In this document: one piece after another, positions 54,747 through 64,000 of the stretch
How the letters are laid out: each line of letters starts with the position of its first letter
How positions within the stretch are numbered: the first letter of the stretch is position 1
Origin: Marinicella sp.
GTDB lineage: Bacteria > Pseudomonadota > Gammaproteobacteria > Xanthomonadales > Marinicellaceae
DNA: 64,000 nucleotides
Direction: 5' to 3'
NCBI GenBank assembly: GCA_965230295.1
Contig: OZ246001.1
Span: 3,904,001 to 3,968,000, forward strand
Notes under the pieces: generated by a model
What the model was told of the DNA's origin: nothing
Seen by the model: the letters and a program-made list of their open reading frames with translations, nothing else
Databases searched by the model: none
Translations under genes and position numbers: made by a program

Positions 54747-56174
54747 GTGAAGTTTCTTATACTTCTGCTGGGCTGTGTTCCTTGGCTGTTAAAAGCTCAA
54801 GACCTAACAGCCAAAGAAGAAGTGTTTGATAAACCAGAATCAATCAAATACTGTATTGATCCTAAATGGTTCCCATATGAAAGTATTGATCAAAACCAAC
54901 ACATAGGCATATCTTCTGATTTCATTCAACTATTTCAAGCACATACTGGTATAAAAGCTGAATTGGTCATCACCAAGAATTGGCTACACACTATAGATCT
55001 TTTGAAACAAGGCATGTGTGATTTGACACCGATGCTTAATTACACCGAAGAACGTGCTCAATTTCTTGAATTCAGTGAGGTTTGGTACCGCTCACCTAAT
55101 GTCTTGATTTCTCTAAAAGATGAACCATTCTTACAAGGCCTGGAAAACTTAGAAAGCCGATCTGTGGCCTTGACTGAAGGTTATCGGATAACCGGCTATG
55201 TCAGCAAACATTATCCACAGATTGATTACATCGAAGTTCCTGACGAAGTCACAGGCATTCAATCAGTGCGCAGTGAAGATGTTGATGTTTTTATTGGTAG
55301 CATGTTATCAGTCAACAATTACATTCAAGTCAACGGATACCATGAACTACAGATTGCTGGATGGGCTGGACCAGAAGATTTATTTCGTGTAGGTGTCACC
55401 AAACAAAACATTGCATTGATTCCAATCTTCAATGATTTCATCATGCAAATCAGTGAAGCAGAAAGAATCAGCATGCATAAAAAATGGAACAACATCACTT
55501 TTGTTGATAACACCAATTACGCACTGATGAAAAACATCATCATCATATTCAGCCTGATTGCATTGAGCGGTATTATGTATAACTTATTGATCAGAAAAGT
55601 TAATCGAAAACTGGTTATACAAAATCAAGAGCTCACCAGACTCAAATCCGAATTAACCAAGAGCAATCAGGAGCTGCTGTTTTTAACCCACCACGACCTG
55701 TTAACCCAGGTGTATAACCGGCATTATTTCAATCAGGTTATTGATCAATCTGACACCCAAATTGACACCAAGAACCCACTTTGTTTGGTGTTTTTTGATA
55801 TTGATCACTTTAAATCCATCAATGACCTGTATGGACACACCATGGGTGACAAGGTACTTAAAGCCATTGCATCTTCCGTAAAGAAACTGCTATCTGAAGA
55901 ACATATTCTGGTCCGCTGGGGAGGAGAAGAATTTATCATTCTGTGTCAGCAAACCGATGAATTAGGTGCCCGCAGACTGTGTCAGAATATCAAGCACAGC
56001 TTAAGAAACCTGAACATTAATCCCATAGACTCCATCACCTGTAGTTTTGGGATTGCCAAAAAACTGCCAGATGAGTCAGTAATGAGGTGCATTGAACGGG
56101 CAGATCGGGCCATGTATCAAGCCAAATCCAATGGACGCAACCAAATCATAACTGATCAGATGACAGGATCATGA
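54747..56174 (+). CDS. Diguanylate cyclase with periplasmic substrate-binding (SBP_bac_3-like) sensor
   Basis: IDPKWFPYE, TEERAQFLEFS, TM segment, HDLLT..NR, DIDHFKSINDLYGH, RWGGEEF; probable GTG start at 54747. Confidence 0.9.
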   Translation: MKFLILLLGCVPWLLKAQDLTAKEEVFDKPESIKYCIDPKWFPYESIDQNQHIGISSDFIQLFQAHTGIKAELVITKNWLHTIDLLKQGMCDLTPMLNYTEERAQFLEFSEVWYRSPNVLISLKDEPFLQGLENLESRSVALTEGYRITGYVSKHYPQIDYIEVPDEVTGIQSVRSEDVDVFIGSMLSVNNYIQVNGYHELQIAGWAGPEDLFRVGVTKQNIALIPIFNDFIMQISEAERISMHKKWNNITFVDNTNYALMKNIIIIFSLIALSGIMYNLLIRKVNRKLVIQNQELTRLKSELTKSNQELLFLTHHDLLTQVYNRHYFNQVIDQSDTQIDTKNPLCLVFFDIDHFKSINDLYGHTMGDKVLKAIASSVKKLLSEEHILVRWGGEEFIILCQQTDELGARRLCQNIKHSLRNLNINPIDSITCSFGIAKKLPDESVMRCIERADRAMYQAKSNGRNQIITDQMTGS

Positions 56175-56238
56175 TTCGCATTAAAATCGTTCTTTAACTT
56201 TATCCAACGACTTGCCTACGGTACGAAGGGAATCGGAT

Positions 56239-56255
56239 ATCTGATACAATCAGAT
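56239..56255. promoter_or_regulatory. Palindrome overlapping an extended -10 element upstream of the serine hydrolase
   Basis: ATCTGAT-ACA-ATCAGAT, containing TGaTACAAT. Confidence 0.4.
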
Positions 56256-56272
56256 TTATTTAGGTTTGTGCC

Positions 56273-57823
56273 ATGTCAAAGTTTACCCCCATATTCTGCG
56301 TATTGCTCAGCACTGTTTCACATGCATTCACATGGCCTGAAGCCACGCCAGAACAAGTTGGTTTGGATCCTGAATATATTGAATCAGCCATTGAAATGAT
56401 TGAATCAGGTGATGTTGGCCAAATCAGATCCCTGATTATTATTAAAGATGGCTATCTAGTTACAGAAAAGTATTTTAGTAACCAGGGTGAAAAAAGACCC
56501 GTCTATTCGGTGACCAAAAGTATTGGGTCCGCTCTACTTGGCATAGCCAAATACCAAGGAGCAGACATCAATTTAAATGACCCCATGATGAGCTATTTGC
56601 CACAGTACAATGACATCCCAAATATTTTGCAAGTGCAAGCCGTTACGTTACATGATTTGTTGGCACAACGACATGGATACAACTGGGATGAATGGATTGT
56701 CCCATATGGCAACCCCAACAACCCTGTTTCGCAAATGCTGCGCCAGTTCGATTGGTATCGGTTTGCACTTCAGTGGCCTATCTTTCAGGCACCCGATCAA
56801 TTTTTTGCCTACAGCACGGGACATTCTTCATTGATGAGCCCAATACTCGAGAATCGAACTGGCAGAGATGTCTACGAGTTTGCTACCAATGAACTTTTTG
56901 AACCGTTAGGAATCACTGACACTCATTGGGAATTGATAGACGGTGGAGGCACCCAGGGACAGGGCATCGCGTCATTCCCTTACGGCACCGAACCACTGGG
57001 ATTTGGTTTGTGGTTAAAGCCCATTGATATGGCAAAAGTTGGAGAGCTATACCGCCTCAATGGAGTTTGGGGCGGAACCCGCATACTCAGTTCAGAATGG
57101 GTTGAAAAATCTGTCCAAAGATACAGTGACGGTAACAGTGACAGCAGTGTATTTTCTGACGAATTCAGTGGTTATGGATATCAATGGTGGAGCTTGCGGT
57201 TTGTAGATCGCTTGAACCAAACTACGGACACTTATTACGCTGATGGATATGGCAGACAGTTCATCATGGTCATGCCAGAATTGAATGCCACCATCGTCTC
57301 CACAGCAGACGACTATGGAGTACGTGGCCCTGGAATTGGAACCGTCTTACGCGAACACTTGTTATTGGCATTTGACCGCGGAGAACAAAGTGCCATCAAC
57401 ATCACCCATGATTTAAACGGCTCATGGTACTGGCCAGAAAACACAGGACAAGGCATTGATTTCCAAATCCTGAATGAAGGCAACACCATTGCCGGTTATT
57501 GGTATACCTATGAGCAAGAAGGGGGTGCTCAACGCTGGTTTGCATTCCAAGGCGATGTCAATAGCGACTTAGCCACATTCAACATTTACAGCACTGCAGG
57601 TGGTGGTTTCGTTGTGGGTGAAACACCTGAGATAGCTGTTTGGGGCGTGGGATCTTTGCTGGCTTACGACTGTTTTTCCGGGTTATTCAGGTATGAATCA
57701 AGCTCTGAGGGAGTCAGTGGCGAAATTCCGCTGACAAGACTTTCCGCCTCAACAGGTGCATGCTTAGAGAACACCAAAAAGAACTCTAAAAAGAAGAATA
57801 ACAGATATGGATACATCCCATAA
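56273..57823 (+). CDS. Secreted serine hydrolase (beta-lactamase class C/NylB-like fold) with extra C-terminal domain
   Basis: Signal peptide; SVTK (SxxK), YST, LFEPLGI, YGYQWW, ADGYGRQ; C-terminal NGSWY...GQG...WYTY...QRW module. Confidence 0.85.
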   Translation: MSKFTPIFCVLLSTVSHAFTWPEATPEQVGLDPEYIESAIEMIESGDVGQIRSLIIIKDGYLVTEKYFSNQGEKRPVYSVTKSIGSALLGIAKYQGADINLNDPMMSYLPQYNDIPNILQVQAVTLHDLLAQRHGYNWDEWIVPYGNPNNPVSQMLRQFDWYRFALQWPIFQAPDQFFAYSTGHSSLMSPILENRTGRDVYEFATNELFEPLGITDTHWELIDGGGTQGQGIASFPYGTEPLGFGLWLKPIDMAKVGELYRLNGVWGGTRILSSEWVEKSVQRYSDGNSDSSVFSDEFSGYGYQWWSLRFVDRLNQTTDTYYADGYGRQFIMVMPELNATIVSTADDYGVRGPGIGTVLREHLLLAFDRGEQSAINITHDLNGSWYWPENTGQGIDFQILNEGNTIAGYWYTYEQEGGAQRWFAFQGDVNSDLATFNIYSTAGGGFVVGETPEIAVWGVGSLLAYDCFSGLFRYESSSEGVSGEIPLTRLSASTGACLENTKKNSKKKNNRYGYIP

Positions 57824-57849
57824 AAAACGGGCTCAAGGCCCGCTTTTTT
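57822..57849. terminator. Bidirectional Rho-independent terminator
   Basis: AAAAAACGGGC-TCAAG-GCCCGCTTTTTT between convergent genes. Confidence 0.85.
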
Positions 57850-57868
57850 CATAACATAGATGTGCTGA

Positions 57869-58681
57869 CTATCCACCCAATAGGCCGTTGAGATAACCCA
57901 TCTTCCAGGCACCGGCAACAGCACCACCCAATACGATAAGGGTGATGATCCATTTCATCATACCACCGCCACTTTCAGCAGGAACTGAATGGCTGGCTGT
58001 ATTGGTGGATTTCGGCGGGGCAGTTTTTTTCGAACCTCCTTCTAAAGCAGGATCAGTCATGCCAGGTGTTTGAACCAAAAATCTGATGTTATCTAACTTC
58101 AGTTCATCGCCTACATTCAAGTCTGCTTTTTCAATCTTCTCACCGTTGACGTACGTGCCATTTGAAGAACCCAAATCAGTGACGACCAATCCATCAGCTT
58201 CGGCATCAATTTGAGCATGCTTTCTTGAAATGCCATCTGCATTGACACAGATATGACACTCTGAATGGCGACCAATAATGGTGGCGCCTCTTAAAGGGTA
58301 AGTTTTTCCGAAATAAGCACCAGAAACACCCCTTAAAATAAACTTAGGTAATGCCATTCTGACTCGGGTGCGGTTGTCATCTTCTTCTTCAACAGCTTCC
58401 TCTGTAGGCATGGCTTTCATGTGAACTTGAGCCGCAATTAACAAATCACCTTCCCTGACTTCCTTGGAACTTTTAACCAACTTACCGTTGACCGATATCA
58501 ATCTGGCCTCATTATCAATACTGACTGCACAATCACTGCCATCCAAAGTGATGGTGGCATGTATGCCTCCCAAGCCTTTGTTTTCAATCCTGATATCAGC
58601 ATGCTCTGAACTACCCAGGGTGTATTTGCCGGTTTGTAGCTGAACATCTGGGTGATCACCATGAGGAAAATGTATTTTCAT
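57869..58681 (-). CDS. Tandem FHA-domain membrane-anchored protein
   Basis: Degenerate N-terminal FHA; intact second FHA (IGR, ISRKHA, DLGSSNGTYVNG); C-terminal TM segment. Confidence 0.85.
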   Translation of the reverse strand: MKIHFPHGDHPDVQLQTGKYTLGSSEHADIRIENKGLGGIHATITLDGSDCAVSIDNEARLISVNGKLVKSSKEVREGDLLIAAQVHMKAMPTEEAVEEEDDNRTRVRMALPKFILRGVSGAYFGKTYPLRGATIIGRHSECHICVNADGISRKHAQIDAEADGLVVTDLGSSNGTYVNGEKIEKADLNVGDELKLDNIRFLVQTPGMTDPALEGGSKKTAPPKSTNTASHSVPAESGGGMMKWIITLIVLGGAVAGAWKMGYLNGLLGG

Positions 58682-58763
58682 AATTTATGACCTGTTAAAC
58701 TTTCGATTGATTATAGCAAACAATTACCGCATGACAAATGTTCTTATCATGCAGTTCATTGTA

Positions 58764-60159
<1,396 letters not shown>

Positions 60160-60163
60160 CAAC

Positions 60164-60874
60164 TTAATTAAACTCATCTTTTTCCCACATGAATGGTTGC
60201 TTCTCAGAACTGTGTTTGGTCAACCATTGTTGGTGTGCATCGATTTCTTCGGCATTGGCTGCCACGACTTGTAAGGGTGGCAAGTCAGTCAAATCAAAAG
60301 CCGTGCCTAATTGTGATTCATTGTTCTCATTGCTTAAATCAAGTTTGGTCTGCCCACCTGTCATGGCCAAGTAGACTTGTGCCAATATTTCTGAATCTAA
60401 CAAAGCGCCATGTAAAGTCCTGTGCTCATTGCTGATGCCATACCTTTTACACAAGGCGTCTAAGTTGTTCTTCGCACCTGGGTGTTTCTTTTTGGCGTAT
60501 TCTAAGCTGTCGGTGATGGTACAGATGTCTTCCAGTTGGAAATCTTTACCACATAGGCTTAATTCGTGGTTGATAAACCCCACATCAAATGGCGCGTTGT
60601 GGATCACCAGTTCAGCACCCTCAACAAAAGCCACAAACTCATCAACAACGCGTGAAAAAAGCGGTTTATCAGCCAAAAAATCATTACTCAAACCATGAAC
60701 TTCCAAGGCTTCAGCATCCACTTGAAACATGGGGTTGATGTATTGGTGGTAGTGTTCATCAGTGACTTCTCGATTGACCACAACCAGCGCTCCAATTTCG
60801 ATGATTCTGTGTCCGTCTTGTGGCTTCAAACCAGTGGTCTCAGTATCTAACATGATGAGTTTATTATTGATCAT
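60164..60874 (-). CDS. dnaQ: DNA polymerase III epsilon subunit
   Basis: LDTETTG, HNAPFD, HGALLDSEIL, MTGGQTKL clamp-binding motif. Confidence 0.97.
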   Translation of the reverse strand: MINNKLIMLDTETTGLKPQDGHRIIEIGALVVVNREVTDEHYHQYINPMFQVDAEALEVHGLSNDFLADKPLFSRVVDEFVAFVEGAELVIHNAPFDVGFINHELSLCGKDFQLEDICTITDSLEYAKKKHPGAKNNLDALCKRYGISNEHRTLHGALLDSEILAQVYLAMTGGQTKLDLSNENNESQLGTAFDLTDLPPLQVVAANAEEIDAHQQWLTKHSSEKQPFMWEKDEFN

Positions 60875-61332
60875 TGAATCCGCTCCGCTTCTGTTCTTGC
60901 AGCTTCATCGACTGCTTCATTTTGTGGGTGTCCAGAGTGACCCTTGACCCAAAACCAGTTGATTTTATGTTGGCTCAATTGTTGGTCCAACAACCGCCAC
61001 AAATCTACATTCTTAACTGGGTCTTTCTTATTTCTCATCCAATTTTTGGCTTTCCAGTTTTTCATCCATTCTTGCGCGCCATCCATGACATATTTTGAAT
61101 CGGTATAAAGATCAATTTCACACCTTTCTTTGAGTGTTTTCAATGCTTCAATGACCGCGGTCAATTCCATGCGATTGTTGGTGGTTTCTTTGGCATGCCC
61201 CACAATCATTTTCTCGGTTGATTTATAATTCAATAAGGCCGCCCATCCACCAGGACCGGGGTTTCCTAAACATGATCCATCAGTGTAAATTTTTATTTTC
61301 TTGGGTGGTCGTTTTGATTCCATTACATTCAC
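60871..61332 (-). CDS. rnhA: Ribonuclease HI
   Basis: YTDGSCLGNPGPGG, TTNNRMEL, WVKGHSGHPQNE. Confidence 0.97.
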   Translation of the reverse strand: MNVMESKRPPKKIKIYTDGSCLGNPGPGGWAALLNYKSTEKMIVGHAKETTNNRMELTAVIEALKTLKERCEIDLYTDSKYVMDGAQEWMKNWKAKNWMRNKKDPVKNVDLWRLLDQQLSQHKINWFWVKGHSGHPQNEAVDEAARTEAERIQ

Positions 61333-61405
61333 TTGTAATTAAAAAGTTTATCGTGCATGATAAATCATTTATGTCACAAAAAACACCTCAATTCATAGCT
61401 AAATC

Positions 61406-62173
61406 ATGTCCATTCAAATAACCCCCATTCCTGCATTCAATGACAACTATATTTGGCTCTTGCACAATGAAAAACATGCCGTGGCTGTAGATCCTGGCGA
61501 TGCTGAACCTGTTAATAAATTTTTAGCCGACAACAACCTTCAATTAATCCAGATTTTGATCACCCACCACCATTGGGATCATGTCAATGGACTCGAAGAA
61601 TTACAAACAATGTGGTCATGTGAAGTTTTTTCACCCAGAGATGAAAGGGTTCCAGGAAACCTAACCCATGTGGATGAAGGCGACTTGGTCTATTTGCCAG
61701 AATTAGACATCAAATTATCCGTACTCTCTACACCAGGACACACCTCAACCCACATCTGTTACTACAATGACCAGTGGTTGTTTTGTGGAGACACTTTATT
61801 CAGCATGGGTTGTGGTCGCATGTTTGAAGGAACCCCAGAACAGTTCAATACCTCATTAGAAAAGTTGAAAAAACTGTCACCTGACACACAGGTATATTGC
61901 ACCCATGAATACACCTTAAGCAACATCGATTTTGCTTTATCAATTGAACCAAACAACAAAGAAATGGTGGTCTTAAAAGCTGAAATTAGAAACAAAAGAC
62001 AAAACAACCAACCAAGCTTGCCAACCACCATGAAACGCGAAACTCAACTCAACCCCTTCCTCAGGACTGAAGATGCCAGTTTCCGCCAACTGCTCTCTGA
62101 TATACGCAAAGTGAACATCAATGACAAAGTGACGTGTTTTGCCATGCTGAGACGATTGAAGGATCATTTTTGA
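61406..62173 (+). CDS. gloB: Hydroxyacylglutathione hydrolase (glyoxalase II)
   Basis: DNYIW, THHHWDH, FCGDTLF..GCGR, CTHEYT, NPFLR. Confidence 0.96.
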   Translation: MSIQITPIPAFNDNYIWLLHNEKHAVAVDPGDAEPVNKFLADNNLQLIQILITHHHWDHVNGLEELQTMWSCEVFSPRDERVPGNLTHVDEGDLVYLPELDIKLSVLSTPGHTSTHICYYNDQWLFCGDTLFSMGCGRMFEGTPEQFNTSLEKLKKLSPDTQVYCTHEYTLSNIDFALSIEPNNKEMVVLKAEIRNKRQNNQPSLPTTMKRETQLNPFLRTEDASFRQLLSDIRKVNINDKVTCFAMLRRLKDHF

Positions 62174-62266
62174 TGGATTGACCTGTGAAACAGTGAATGC
62201 CAACAAATGATTGGCCTTATAAATCAAAAAGTTGTATCATTATTATATAGTTTTTTAACCCAAATA

Positions 62267-64000
62267 ATGAAAGCTTACCTAGTCATAGTTACCACACTGT
62301 TGTTACTTTTGATCGAGTATCCTGCTTACTCGCAAACACTAAAAAAAACATACAGAATTGGTTACTTTGATACCCCTCCACTGACCTTCCGTAATTCCAC
62401 GCAAAATAAACCGGATGGTTTGGCCATTGAAATTTTGAATGAAATTGCTAAAGAGCACGGCTTCACGATTGATTGGGTCTACGGCGATTTTCCCGATTTA
62501 ATGGTGCTGATGAAAACACAGCGGCTGGACGCTTTGCCATCACTCGGGTACTCAGCCCAAAGAAGTGAGTTTTTGGACTACCCCAAAGTCAACTTTTCCA
62601 ATGTTTGGGGTCAGGTCTTTTTATCGAATGATTCTAAAATAGAAAGTTTGTTTGATTTGGAAGGCAAGACCATTGCTTTATTAGAAAATGGCGTCAATGG
62701 CTTAAATTTCATCAACCAATGTGAACAATTCGAGGTCAATTGTCAATTTGTCTATGGCAAAAGTTACCAGGAAGTGTTTCAAATGGTTGCTGATAAATCC
62801 GCCGATGCTGCCGTTTCAAATAATCTTGCTGGCTTGGATTTACAGCAGGAATATAACTTATTGATCAGCAGCATTATTTTCAACCCCTTCAAAGTTTTTG
62901 TCACAGTACCCAAAGGAACCAATGCTGACTTTTTAGCGGCCTACGATCAATCAATGAGTGCTTGGAAACAACAACCTGACTCGTTTTATTACCAGACCAG
63001 ACTGAAATGGACTGTTGCCAAAGAAGACAATGTGGTGCCTTTTTGGATCTGGTATTCAATCATGGGACTGATGTTATTTGGTGTGGTGGCCGGTGTGGCA
63101 GCATTTTTGTTTAAACTCCAAGTCAAACGTCGCGTAACAGAGCTTTCACAACGAGAAATTCAACTGAATCAAATCATCAACATCGTTCCACACATGATAT
63201 TTGCCAATGACTATGATGGAAAAATAATTTTAGCCAATGAAAATGCCTGTCAATTCTTAGGCATTGATGATGAAGATGTTAAAGCCAAAAACATTTATAC
63301 CATCCTGAAAGCAAACAGTAATTTTGAAAATTTAATCAGCTATACCACTTCATCAAATCCATTCAACACTGAAATCGAAGTCAAGGATTCTAATGGGAAA
63401 CCCTTGACATTGATGATGTCCAAAGTGCCCTATTCAGGACGGCAAAACCTGGAACCTGCCATGGTAACTGTAGGCGTTGACATCACCCAGGTTAAGGCCT
63501 ATGAAGAAGAAATTTTGTACTTAGCACATTATGATTCACTGACTGGACTGCCGAACAGAGAGTTGTTAAAAGACCGACTGAAATCTTCATTGGCCCGCGC
63601 CAAGCAATTCAGTCATGTGGGCGGCATTTTGCACATAGATTTGGATAACTTCAAAAGCATCAATGACTCAAAAGGTCATAAAGTGGGTGATAAATTGATT
63701 AAGAAGGTTGCCTTACGAATCAAATCTTGTGTCAGCCCTGGTGATACCATAGCCCGTCTGGGTGGAGATGAGTTCATCATTGAATTACCTGAACTTAAAA
63801 ATGATCTGATCACCGCTGAAAAACAAGCCATAGAAATGGCTGTGACTGTTTTGAAAAAGTTGAAACAGCCCATCGAAATTGAGGGCAATCATTACCACAT
63901 AACCGCCAGTGTCGGCCTGGTTATTTACCCTCGTGATGGTGAAAACCAGTCCATTCTGTTACAACGGGCAGATACTGCCATGTATGAAGCCAAGATCAAG
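62267..64000 (+). CDS. SBP-PAS-GGDEF signalling protein, 3' truncated (not in ORF track; may continue into an EAL domain)
   Basis: Translated by hand from ATG 62267: MKAYLVIVTTLLLLL...RIGYFDTPPL..., TM segment, PAS-like region, YLAHYDSLTGLPNR and in-frame RLGGDEF; runs off the window. Confidence 0.88.
   Translation, partial: MKAYLVIVTTLLLLLIEYPAYSQTLKKTYRIGYFDTPPLTFRNSTQNKPDGLAIEILNEIAKEHGFTIDWVYGDFPDLMVLMKTQRLDALPSLGYSAQRSEFLDYPKVNFSNVWGQVFLSNDSKIESLFDLEGKTIALLENGVNGLNFINQCEQFEVNCQFVYGKSYQEVFQMVADKSADAAVSNNLAGLDLQQEYNLLISSIIFNPFKVFVTVPKGTNADFLAAYDQSMSAWKQQPDSFYYQTRLKWTVAKEDNVVPFWIWYSIMGLMLFGVVAGVAAFLFKLQVKRRVTELSQREIQLNQIINIVPHMIFANDYDGKIILANENACQFLGIDDEDVKAKNIYTILKANSNFENLISYTTSSNPFNTEIEVKDSNGKPLTLMMSKVPYSGRQNLEPAMVTVGVDITQVKAYEEEILYLAHYDSLTGLPNRELLKDRLKSSLARAKQFSHVGGILHIDLDNFKSINDSKGHKVGDKLIKKVALRIKSCVSPGDTIARLGGDEFIIELPELKNDLITAEKQAIEMAVTVLKKLKQPIEIEGNHYHITASVGLVIYPRDGENQSILLQRADTAMYEAKIK

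Noticed and set aside
56273-57823. Antibiotic-resistance beta-lactamase
   Set aside because: YST and ADG replace the YxN and KTG motifs; more like esterase/amidase members of the fold
61352-61378. Fur-box-like ATGATAAATCAT between rnhA and gloB
   Set aside because: Weak match in an AT-rich spacer, and the flanking genes are not iron-related

Overview
64 kb of chromosomal, mostly housekeeping DNA from an AT-rich (roughly 40% GC by eye) gammaproteobacterium. Inferred from protein styles, it is probably a marine Xanthomonadales/Marinicella-like organism. Left half: hemN (partial) and a lipoprotein, then a run of about 34 kb on the minus strand containing gltBD, a DUF4407-like protein, a TPR lipoprotein, prfA, hemA, purKE, nuoA-N, tRNA-Leu(GAG), secG, tpiA, gyrA, tgt and an LMW phosphatase. 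Right half: ppk2, a cluster of small Cys-rich genes around ycgL, a PLP decarboxylase, an XRE regulator/rhombotarget lipoprotein/rhombosortase/CAP module, trmL, a vanadium haloperoxidase-like protein with a C-terminal sorting tail, ubiA, ibpA with a ROSE-like leader, paaGHJABCDE with arginine deiminase appended, two SBP-GGDEF proteins, a serine hydrolase, an FHA protein, serS, dnaQ, rnhA and gloB. I saw no mobile elements, prophage, CRISPR array or rRNA. Most notable: (1) prfA (RF1) is split by a +1 frameshift at CCC-CGA, either a sequencing error or unreported recoding; (2) the rhombosortase/target pair has lost both the GlyGly signal and canonical protease motifs; (3) an unannotated 47-aa four-Cys peptide is coupled to ycgL; (4) a haloperoxidase with a predicted surface-sorting tail; (5) Bacteroidota-like gltBD and arcA. 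All family assignments come from recognised motifs, not database searches.
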